A stretch of DNA of 64,000 nt from an uncultured Candidatus Binatia bacterium. Lineage in GTDB: Bacteria; Desulfobacterota; Binatia; UBA9968; JAJDTQ01. The position numbers were made by a program, and so were the translations under genes. The DNA lies in the NCBI GenBank assembly GCA_964291295.2, contig OZ219754.1, forward strand, positions 160,001 to 224,000, written 5' to 3'. The notes under the pieces are model-generated. The model did not search any database. It saw nothing but the letters and a program-made list of their open reading frames with translations, and had not been told where the DNA came from. Positions 1 through 7,717 of this stretch are shown here, piece after piece. The stretch's first letter is position 1; each line of letters begins with the position of its first letter.

Positions 1-547
1 TCCCGCGCGGGGCCAACTCCCGGGCCATGGACTTGGTAAATCCCACGATGCCCGCCTTGGTGGCGGCATAAACGGACTGTCCCGCGTTTCCCGTTTGTCC
101 GGCCACCGAGGTCAGATTGACGATTCGGCCGCGGCGCTGCCGAATCATCCTCCTGCTGGCCGCCCGGGTGCAGTGGAACATGCCCCGGAGGTTGACGTCG
201 ATTATCCTGTCCCAGTCGGAAGCCGGTTGGCGCAACAGCAGACCGTCGATGGCGATCCCCGCATTGTTCACTAAAATATCAATTCTCCCGTGTTGGTCAA
301 CGACCGTCCGGAACGTCTCCTCGACCTGGTCCTGCCGCGCGACATCGAACGGCGCCAGCTCGGCGCGTCCGTTGCCGGCCAGGATCTGTTCCCGCACCTC
401 TTCCGCAGCTTCCCGGCTCTCCCGGTAGTTGATGATGACGCTGGCTCCCAGACGAGCCAGACAGAAGACGATTTCCCGGCCGATGCCCCTGCTGCCGCCC
501 GTCACCAGCGCAATCCTGTCCTCCAGCGGTCCCGCTACCCGGGTCAT
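1..547 (-). CDS. fabG: 3-oxoacyl-ACP reductase (SDR), partial, runs off the left edge
   Basis: Manual translation from ATG at 547: MTRVAGPLEDRIALVTGGSRGIG...LVNNAGI...YAATK; ATGA overlap with the fabD stop. Confidence 0.9.
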   Translation of the reverse strand, partial: MTRVAGPLEDRIALVTGGSRGIGREIVFCLARLGASVIINYRESREAAEEVREQILAGNGRAELAPFDVARQDQVEETFRTVVDQHGRIDILVNNAGIAIDGLLLRQPASDWDRIIDVNLRGMFHCTRAASRRMIRQRRGRIVNLTSVAGQTGNAGQSVYAATKAGIVGFTKSMARELAPRG

Positions 548-1491
548 GCCCTCACCTTTGCCATCAGCTTCTCCAGGTCCTCGGGCTTCTCCAGATTCGA
601 TGTGTCGATTCCCCGGTCGATGCGTCGAATGAGCCCGGACAGAACCCTCCTCGGACCCAGTTCGATCACCCGCCGGCAACCAAGCCCGGCCAGCGTCTTC
701 ACCGACTCCTCCCACCGGACCGGGGCCACCACCTGTTGGACCAGAAGAGACTTGACACGCTCGGCGTCGGTGTTCAGCGCCGCCTCGACGTTGGTGACGA
801 CTCCCACCCGGAGCGGCCGTACCCTGATGCCTTCCAGCACCTCCCGAAGCCCCTCCGCCGCCGGTGTCATCAGCGCGCAGTGGAACGGCGCGCTGAGGGT
901 CAGCTCCACCACCTTCCGCGCACCCCGATCCCGGGCCAGTCGCGCCGCGCGCCGGACCGCTTCGCAGGCGCCCGAGACGACCACCTGCCTGCCGCCGTTC
1001 AGATTGGCCGGTGCCACCACTTCGCCCTGCCCGGCCTCCTGGCAGATCTCCCGGACCACCGCCTCCTCGAACCCCAGCACCGCGGCCATGCCCCCCTTGC
1101 CTTCGGGCACCGCCTGCTGCATCAGGCGGCCCCGCTCCCGCACCACCCGGACCGCATCCGGCAACGCCAGCGCCCCCGCGCACACCAGCGCACCGTATTC
1201 GCCCAGGCTGTGTCCGGCCACCCAGGCGGGCTCGACGCCGACCTTACTTTCCAGTACCCGCAAGGCGGCCACCGACACCGCCAGGATCGCCGGCTGCGTG
1301 TATTCCGTCCGGTTCAGTCGGGATTCCGGACCATCAAAACACAGCCCGCGAAGGCTCACGCCCAGCGCTTCGTCCGCCTCGTCGAACGTTGCCCTGGCCT
1401 CCGGAAAACGGTCGCACAACGCCCGTCCCATGCCCACGTACTGCGAACCCTGGCCGGGAAAGACGAACGCGGCGCGGCCGGTATCCGTCAT
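544..1491 (-). CDS. fabD: Malonyl-CoA:ACP transacylase
   Basis: FVFPGQGSQ, TQPAI, GHSLGEY, SAPFHC, PVRWEES motifs. Confidence 0.95.
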   Translation of the reverse strand: MTDTGRAAFVFPGQGSQYVGMGRALCDRFPEARATFDEADEALGVSLRGLCFDGPESRLNRTEYTQPAILAVSVAALRVLESKVGVEPAWVAGHSLGEYGALVCAGALALPDAVRVVRERGRLMQQAVPEGKGGMAAVLGFEEAVVREICQEAGQGEVVAPANLNGGRQVVVSGACEAVRRAARLARDRGARKVVELTLSAPFHCALMTPAAEGLREVLEGIRVRPLRVGVVTNVEAALNTDAERVKSLLVQQVVAPVRWEESVKTLAGLGCRRVIELGPRRVLSGLIRRIDRGIDTSNLEKPEDLEKLMAKVRA

Positions 1492-2483
1492 TCGCCCTGG
1501 TCCTCCAGCGCATTCACGATGTATCCGTTGATGTCCTGCGAAACGGCCTCGGACGCCACCCGGACGGCGTTCTTGATGGCCTCGGCCGAGGAGCCTCCGT
1601 GGGCGACGATGGCGACGCCGTTCAACCCCATCAGGGGAGCCCCTCCGTAGTGTGCATAATCAAGGCGGTCATAGGCCCGACCCAGGGCGCCCCGGCACAA
1701 CAGGTAGCCCAGGCGGCTGGACAGGCTGCTCCGGAACGCATCCTTCAGCACCGAGGAAACAAACTGTCCAATCCCTTCCATGGTCTTCAGCGCCACGTTG
1801 CCCGTGAACCCGTCACACACCACCACATGGGCCCGGCCATTGGTGATGTCCCGCCCTTCCACGTGGCCCATGAAGTTCAAGCCCGTGGAGCGGAGCTCGC
1901 GGACCGCCTCCCGTGTAAGATCGTTGCCCTTGCCGTCTTCTTCCCCGTTGCTCAGGATACCCACCCGGGGACTCGCGATCCCCAGGATCTTCTCCGCGTA
2001 GATGGCTCCCATGTGCGCGAACTGCACCAGTTGCCGCGGCTTGCAGTCGGTGTTGGCACCACCGTCCAGGAGCACGGTGCCGCCGGACAACGAGGGGCCC
2101 ACCGTCAGGATCGCGGGCCGGTCCACTCCGGGCAGGCGACCCAGCACGAACATGCCGATGGCCAGCATGGCACCGGAGTTGCCCGCGCTCACCAGCGCGT
2201 CCCCCTCGCCGGCCTTGAGCCGTTCGAAGGCCACTCTCATGGAGGCATCCTTCTGCTTCAGGGCGCGGCTGGGCGAGGCGCGCATGTCGATGGAGGAGGC
2301 GGCAGGGACGACGCGTACGACCGACGCATCGAACGAGTGACGCGACAACTCGGACTCCACCGCGTCCGACGCGCTCACCAGGGTTATGGCCACCCCGTAT
2401 TCCTCCGCAGCCCGCAGGGCCCCCCTTACGACAACGCCCGGGCCGTGGTCACCGCCCATCGCGTCAACGATCATCCGCCGCAT
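1488..2483 (-). CDS. plsX: Phosphate acyltransferase PlsX
   Basis: Start trimmed to MRRMIVDAMGGDHGP; SAGNSGA, DRPAI, VVCDGFTGNVALK, YGGAPLMGLNG, AHGGS. Confidence 0.95.
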   Translation of the reverse strand: MRRMIVDAMGGDHGPGVVVRGALRAAEEYGVAITLVSASDAVESELSRHSFDASVVRVVPAASSIDMRASPSRALKQKDASMRVAFERLKAGEGDALVSAGNSGAMLAIGMFVLGRLPGVDRPAILTVGPSLSGGTVLLDGGANTDCKPRQLVQFAHMGAIYAEKILGIASPRVGILSNGEEDGKGNDLTREAVRELRSTGLNFMGHVEGRDITNGRAHVVVCDGFTGNVALKTMEGIGQFVSSVLKDAFRSSLSSRLGYLLCRGALGRAYDRLDYAHYGGAPLMGLNGVAIVAHGGSSAEAIKNAVRVASEAVSQDINGYIVNALEDQGE

Positions 2484-2515
2484 CACGGAGTGGACTGGAC
2501 AAGTGCGGCCGGCGT

Positions 2516-2692
2516 CTACTCGCCGGATGTCACGGACCGGGCCCTGTAGTAGCCGCAGCCGGCACAGACTCTGTGCCGCAAGGTGGCTGCACCGCAGCGC
2601 GGACATGTGATCCATCCAGGGGCGGGGACGGCGTCGTGGGACCGGCGCTTGTTGCGCTTGCTGTTGGAGGTTCTTCTTTTCGGTACGGGCAT
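2516..2692 (-). CDS. rpmF: 50S ribosomal protein L32
   Basis: MPVPKRRTSNSKRNKRRSH...CPRCG...HRVCAGCGYY; lies between yceD and plsX. Confidence 0.95.
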   Translation of the reverse strand: MPVPKRRTSNSKRNKRRSHDAVPAPGWITCPRCGAATLRHRVCAGCGYYRARSVTSGE

Positions 2693-2757
2693 CGCTTGTA
2701 TCCGTTCTGTCGGCTGGTTTCCGCAGACTCGCCACCCTCCACGGCCACCCTCCGCTG

Positions 2758-3273
2758 CTACCGGTCCAGTCGGAGGTTGCGGAAAATGGCCATGCGGGGA
2801 TCCCCCGAGGACACGCATCCACAGCCGATCCGATTCAACTCGGCACCACAGCCGGGGCACAGGCCGCGACAGCTTTCGCTGCACAGTGGCCGGAGGGGCA
2901 GGGCGAGCAGGGTCTGTTCGCGGACAAAGGGCGAGAGGTCGATGTCTTCTCCGGAGTAGAAGCTCAAACCCAGTTCGTCCGCCGTGAGTTCCATGTTCTT
3001 GTTAGTCGGAAGAGGGTCCGGAGTCAACACGAAGTCGAACGTTTTTTCAATGACGAACCGGAAGCTCTCCAGACAGCGGCTGCAATCCCCCTCCACCTCT
3101 CCCTCCAGCCCGCCGCGAAAAAAGATCTCCCGGCCCGACCGGTAGCAGGTCACCTGAACGTGGATCGGCGACGGGAAGCGTACCACCGAGACTCCATCGT
3201 CACCGATCTCGGGGATCTCGGAGAACCGGCTCTCCCGGGGAACGGTGTCGATCCGGTTGAGGGGAATGCGCAA
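2758..3273 (-). CDS. yceD: YceD/DUF177 family protein
   Basis: CSRCLE, DIDLSPFVREQTLLALP, LCSESCRGLCPGCG, DPRMAIF; TTG start at 3273 with GGAG upstream preferred over ATG at 3300. Confidence 0.88.
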   Translation of the reverse strand: MRIPLNRIDTVPRESRFSEIPEIGDDGVSVVRFPSPIHVQVTCYRSGREIFFRGGLEGEVEGDCSRCLESFRFVIEKTFDFVLTPDPLPTNKNMELTADELGLSFYSGEDIDLSPFVREQTLLALPLRPLCSESCRGLCPGCGAELNRIGCGCVSSGDPRMAIFRNLRLDR

Positions 3274-4168
3274 GACGACTCCAGTTGCCGCGATCTTCAT
3301 AGCGGGGAGACGGCACCCTTGTCAATTCGGAGTCCCGGGCGGGGCCGCCGGCAAGGCTGTCCCACGCTGCGTGTTTGTGCGAGGGGGTGAGGTTTGGGTC
3401 AGGCACGGACGGTCTCGCGCCGGGGCAGTCCTGCCTGGGGGATGTTGGAACGCATCGAACGGCAGCAAGGACATCTATCTTCTGCGCACCGGAACGAGCG
3501 GGACCGACAACTTCACCTACCGGCAGATTTTCGTCTACGATGTGCCGGATTTCCCGGAGGCGAGGCCCTATGAGCACATGAACTACGGGATGTGGCACAC
3601 GCAGAAGTCAGGCAGGACCAACCTTGGCATCTCATTCGTCACGGTGCTGCCCGATGGCGAGGGCATGACCCCGGCGGCCAACATGCCAAGCTTCGGCAGT
3701 GCCACCTACAGGGGTAATGCAATTTGGCAACACCGCGCACAGCACGCTCAGGGCGAAGGAGGTATCGGCGGTTGGGATGGAACCTCCACCACGACGGTGA
3801 ATTTCGGGAAAAGCACCATCAAGACCGATATTTTTAACGGGCACGTCATTTTGCAGGGCGGATATAACGGGATCATAGCCACATTCCACGGCACCATCGA
3901 CGGGAACGGGTTCTCGGGCAGCAAAGTGACCAATGTCAACGCCGAAGGCGCCGGCTACGATACGCCGGGATTTTTGGCCGGCTATCAGAGCCAGCATCGT
4001 GGCGCAGTGAACTTGGCCACGAGCGTGGACGGCAGCCTGTACGAGGTGAGAGAGTACAGCGGCCATTTCTTCGGGCCGGACGCCGAAGAGGTGGGCGGCG
4101 TGTTCGACATCACGTCCAAGGACAAGAAGAACGGCGAGTTGCGCGGCTCCTTCGGCGGCCGCAGGTAG
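3245..4168 (+). CDS. TbpB/HphA-like surface protein with C-terminal small beta-barrel (T11SS cargo type); 5' end probably truncated
   Basis: GSATYRGNA, FHGTIDGNGFSG, SGHFFGPDAEEVGGVF, terminal GSFGGRR; no lipobox; 5' part overlaps yceD and its promoter. Confidence 0.7.
   Translation: MSIRLRGMRKTTPVAAIFIAGRRHPCQFGVPGGAAGKAVPRCVFVRGGEVWVRHGRSRAGAVLPGGCWNASNGSKDIYLLRTGTSGTDNFTYRQIFVYDVPDFPEARPYEHMNYGMWHTQKSGRTNLGISFVTVLPDGEGMTPAANMPSFGSATYRGNAIWQHRAQHAQGEGGIGGWDGTSTTTVNFGKSTIKTDIFNGHVILQGGYNGIIATFHGTIDGNGFSGSKVTNVNAEGAGYDTPGFLAGYQSQHRGAVNLATSVDGSLYEVREYSGHFFGPDAEEVGGVFDITSKDKKNGELRGSFGGRR
3296..3325 (-). promoter_or_regulatory. Putative sigma70 promoter of the yceD-rpmF-plsX-fab operon
   Basis: Minus strand TTGACA-18 bp-TATGAA. 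Confidence 0.4.
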
Positions 4169-4206
4169 TAAACCGGTCGCCGTCACTGGCGGTGGTTCAC
4201 GGAGCG

Positions 4207-4248
4207 GGGCGCCCGATCCATCTCCGGATCGGGCGCCCTTTTCTTTTT
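4207..4248 (+). terminator. Rho-independent terminator
   Basis: GGGCGCCCGATCC-atctcc-GGATCGGGCGCCC 13-bp stem followed by TTTTCTTTTT. Confidence 0.85.
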
Positions 4249-4268
4249 CGACAGCCGCCGGGGAGGCT

Positions 4269-4841
4269 GTGGATGCGCCGTTACACGAGTTTCGTTGGCA
4301 TTTCGTTGTCACAATGCTGCTCGCGTTGATTCTGGCGACCGCGCCGGCGGAGGGCCAGCAGCCGCCTCCGGAGCTGTCCGCCGAGGCGCTGATCGATGCC
4401 GCGCGGGCGGCCTTGGCAAAGGGCGAGCCGGAAGACGCCGCGTTCCTGCTCGACGGTGTGAAACCGGGCGAGGGGAACCCCGACGATCTCGATTTCCTGC
4501 GCGGCTCCATCGCGATGCAGCGCGGGGAGTGGCAGAAGGCGATGGCACGGTTCCGGGCGATGCTGGCGCGCAATCCCGATCTGCCCCGGGTGCGGCTCGC
4601 GCTTATTTTCAGGCGGAGGATGACGGCAATGCGGCCTGTCACTTCCGCCTGGCGCTGGGCGCGAAGGACCTGCCCGAGACGGTGCGCGCCTCGGCGCTCG
4701 CCTTCCTCCCCCGCATCCGGCGGCGCAAGCGATGGTCGGTTACCGGCTCGGTGGCGCTTGTGCCTTGTTCCCGACACCAACATCAACGCCAGAACCGATG
4801 CCCGGGAGATCCTCCTGGGCCGCCGGCCCGGCACCTTGTGA
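4269..4841 (+). pseudogene. Slam (surface lipoprotein assembly modulator, T11SS) N-terminal remnant, frameshifted and truncated
   Basis: Signal peptide, TPR (FLRGSIAMQRGEWQKAMARFRAMLARNPDLPRVRL), continues in another frame (AYFQAEDDGNAACHFRLALG...RRKRWSVTGSVALVP) then back to DTNIN; barrel missing. Confidence 0.7.
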
Positions 4842-4955
4842 AGGCGCACCGTTTCTGCTAACGCAAGAGGCCGTGAGTCTGCTGGATCATCCCGGGCCGC
4901 CGAATGGTCGCCGGCGCACCGGCCGCCGGCCGGACGAACCGGCGGGAGGCGGGAC

Positions 4956-5870
4956 GTGAACGCGCGAGTGGGTTTGCTGCACGCCGTCGTGCTGGCCACG
5001 GTCGACTTGGCCACCAAGGTGCCGTCCGACCATCCCTCCGCCCGCAACCTGGGCACCGAGCGCATGGGTTCCGGCACCCTCATTGATCCCGCGGGCCTGA
5101 TCCTGACCGTCAACTACGTCGTCAACGGAGCCGAGGCCATCACCGTGACGCTGTCGGACGGGAAACAATACCCGGGCCGCCTGACGGCCCAGGACTTCGA
5201 CAGCGGCCTTGCCCTGGTCCACATCGACGCCGCCGATCTGCCTTTCCTCCGGCCGGCCGAAACCGTCACCGTCGGCCAGCCGGTGTTCATGGTGGCCAGC
5301 AATGGACAGCAACAGCGGCGGGTCAGCGACGGCAGCCTCACCTCCGTCGAAGGCTACGATGGGCAGTGGGAGTACCTGCTGGAACGGTCCATTCGGGTGA
5401 GCGCCTTCAATCCGGGATTCGGCGGCGGCACGCTGGCCGACTCCCGGGGCCGTCTCATGGGGGTGATCTCCCTCAACCTGAACGATGTCGGCAAGTTCAC
5501 GCTGGCCATCCCGGTGGAGTACTACCTTCGGGACGCGGAGGAGCTGAGACGGTTCGGAAGGGTGCGCAACCGGCCGCCGCGCGCTTGGCTCGGCCTCTAT
5601 TCACAGGCTCTGGAGGGCCATCTCCTGGTCACCGGCGTGACGCCGTCGGGACCCGCCGAGAAGTCCGGCCTGAAACAGGGCGACATCATCCTCGCGGTGG
5701 AGGGCCAGGAGGTGCAGACGCGGCCCCAACTCTACCGCGAGATCTGGAAGAAGCGTGCCGGGGACGCGGTCACCTTCCACGTGATCCGGGGCGACGGTTC
5801 GCAGGACGTTCAGGTGGCCAGCCGTGACCGCTGGGACTTCAACCAAGCCGGCGGGAAAGCCGGCGGCTGA
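4956..5870 (+). CDS. S1C/HtrA-fold protein with PDZ domain, catalytic His and Ser apparently substituted
   Basis: GSGTLIDPAGLILTVNYVV, NPGFGGGTL, C-terminal PDZ (GPAEKSGLKQGDIIL). Confidence 0.8.
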   Translation: MNARVGLLHAVVLATVDLATKVPSDHPSARNLGTERMGSGTLIDPAGLILTVNYVVNGAEAITVTLSDGKQYPGRLTAQDFDSGLALVHIDAADLPFLRPAETVTVGQPVFMVASNGQQQRRVSDGSLTSVEGYDGQWEYLLERSIRVSAFNPGFGGGTLADSRGRLMGVISLNLNDVGKFTLAIPVEYYLRDAEELRRFGRVRNRPPRAWLGLYSQALEGHLLVTGVTPSGPAEKSGLKQGDIILAVEGQEVQTRPQLYREIWKKRAGDAVTFHVIRGDGSQDVQVASRDRWDFNQAGGKAGG

Positions 5871-5880
5871 CCCGCGGCCC

Positions 5881-6366
5881 GTGAAAAATGCAACCCTCTG
5901 TCGTGTCATCTACGGCGACACGGACCAGATGGGGGTGGTCTACTACGCCAACTATCTCCGGTGGTTCGAGATCGGCAGAACGGAACTCCTGCGTCAGGCC
6001 GGGATTCCCTACGAGCGGGCGGAACGGGACGGCATCTTCTTCCCGGTCACCGAAGTGCAGTGCCGCTACCGCAAACCGGCCCGCTACGACGACCTGCTGA
6101 GGATCGAGACAACCGTCGAATCCCTCAGCCGTGTGGCGCTGAGATTCAACTACCGGATCGGCCTGGAAACCGGCCAAGTCACCCTCGCGTCGGGCTGGAC
6201 CAAGCATGCCTGCCTCAACCGCGACCACAAGCTGACCCGGCTGCCGGCCCGGTACGCCCGCGAGCTGGGACTCGGCACCCACCGGGACTCGGCACCGAGT
6301 AGCCGCCACCGTCAGGAAGACGGCGGAGACGCCTCCGCGGCAGGGTCGGACTCCGGACGGCAGTAG
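5881..6366 (+). CDS. Acyl-CoA thioesterase, YbgC/4HBT family
   Basis: YGDTDQMGVVYYANYLRWFEIGRTE, YRKPARYDD; GTG start at 5881. Confidence 0.9.
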   Translation: MKNATLCRVIYGDTDQMGVVYYANYLRWFEIGRTELLRQAGIPYERAERDGIFFPVTEVQCRYRKPARYDDLLRIETTVESLSRVALRFNYRIGLETGQVTLASGWTKHACLNRDHKLTRLPARYARELGLGTHRDSAPSSRHRQEDGGDASAAGSDSGRQ

Positions 6367-7667
6367 ACCTCCGCCACCTGACGCAACAGCGCGATATTGT
6401 CGGCATGACCCGTCATCTTCGCGGTCACGCGGCCGCGCAGGGGGCGGCCGATGAGGGAAAAGTCCCCCATGATGTCCAGGATCTTGTGGCGGGCGAACTC
6501 GTCCTCGAACCGCAACTCGGTATTGAGGATCCTCTCATCGTCCACCAGGATGCAGTTGCCGAGGCGGCCGCCCTTGATCAGGCCCATCCGTTCGAGCTTC
6601 TCGAAGTCACGCAGGAAGCCGAAAGTCCGCGCCGGCGCGATCTCGTCGCGGAACGAGTCCGCGCCCTTGTGGACGTACGTATACTCCTGGGTTCCCACGG
6701 GGCTCGGATACTGCAGGCGATAGTGCACGGTGAAGCCCTCCGCCGGCTCGATGAGAATCTCTTTCGCCCCCTCCCCGACCATTCGAAGGGTCCGGTCGAT
6801 GACGATCTCCGCCCCTTGCCCATCCTGTACCTCCACGCCGGCCTCCTCCATCAACCCGCAGAACTCGATGGCAGAACCGTCCATGATGGGAATCTCGCCA
6901 TACATCTTTATCAACAGGTTGGTGATGCCGTACGCGTGAAGCACCGCCAGCAGATGCTCCACCGTACCCACCACCACGCCGTCGCGCTGCAACGACGTGG
7001 CGAAATCGGTGGAACGCACGTAGTCCAGATGGGCAGGCACGGTGACGTCGCCGGAGATCCCGCCGAAATGGATACCGCTGTTCTCGGGCAACGGATGCAG
7101 GATGACACCCGTGCTGACACCCGAATGCAGCCCCAGACCGCAGGCCACCACGCTTTTCCCCAGGGTCTTCTGCGGCACGCCGCTTCCGGCGCCGTGGCCG
7201 CCGAAACGCCGGGACGCTGCCACGACGCCGCCGGCCGACGCCCGACGCCCGTCGTCGCTCCCGGAAGCCTCGCGCCGCATGTCGCCGCAGCCGCGCTTGA
7301 CGGCGGCCAGCAGGCCGTCCAGCGAAAGCGGCTTCTCGATAAAGTCGAACGCACCGAGCTTGGTGGCCGTCACCGCGGTGTGGACACTGCCGTGGCCGGA
7401 GATCATGATGACGCGGGCCTCGGGGTGCTCTCGCCGGATCTGCTTGAGCAGTCCGATCCCGTCCCGCTCGGGCATCCACACGTCCAGGAGAATGACGTCG
7501 GGCTCTTCCCTGGCGACGATGCCCATGACCTCCGATCCATCCAGGGCGGAGACCACCCGGTAGCCCTCGTCGGTGAGAACCTCCCGCACGGTCTCCCGGA
7601 TGACGTCCTCGTCATCCACCACCAGCACGGTCCGTTGCGCCGCCTGCGCGTTCGATGAATCTTCCAT
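6312..7667 (-). CDS. lpxC: Fusion: NtrX-like receiver domain + UDP-3-O-acyl-GlcNAc deacetylase LpxC
   Basis: ATG 7667 with AGAGGA RBS; REC motifs VVDDE, LLDVWMP, MISGHG, FIEKP; Gly/Ala/Arg linker; LpxC motifs QKTL, GLGLHSG, TVEHLL, EIPIMDGSA, IAPARTFGF, RHKILD, GHADN. Confidence 0.9.
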   Translation of the reverse strand: MEDSSNAQAAQRTVLVVDDEDVIRETVREVLTDEGYRVVSALDGSEVMGIVAREEPDVILLDVWMPERDGIGLLKQIRREHPEARVIMISGHGSVHTAVTATKLGAFDFIEKPLSLDGLLAAVKRGCGDMRREASGSDDGRRASAGGVVAASRRFGGHGAGSGVPQKTLGKSVVACGLGLHSGVSTGVILHPLPENSGIHFGGISGDVTVPAHLDYVRSTDFATSLQRDGVVVGTVEHLLAVLHAYGITNLLIKMYGEIPIMDGSAIEFCGLMEEAGVEVQDGQGAEIVIDRTLRMVGEGAKEILIEPAEGFTVHYRLQYPSPVGTQEYTYVHKGADSFRDEIAPARTFGFLRDFEKLERMGLIKGGRLGNCILVDDERILNTELRFEDEFARHKILDIMGDFSLIGRPLRGRVTAKMTGHADNIALLRQVAEVYCRPESDPAAEASPPSS

Positions 7668-7717
7668 GGTTCCTCTTCGTTCGGCGCCGCGCCCGGACAA
7701 GGGCACACCGGCGCCCT

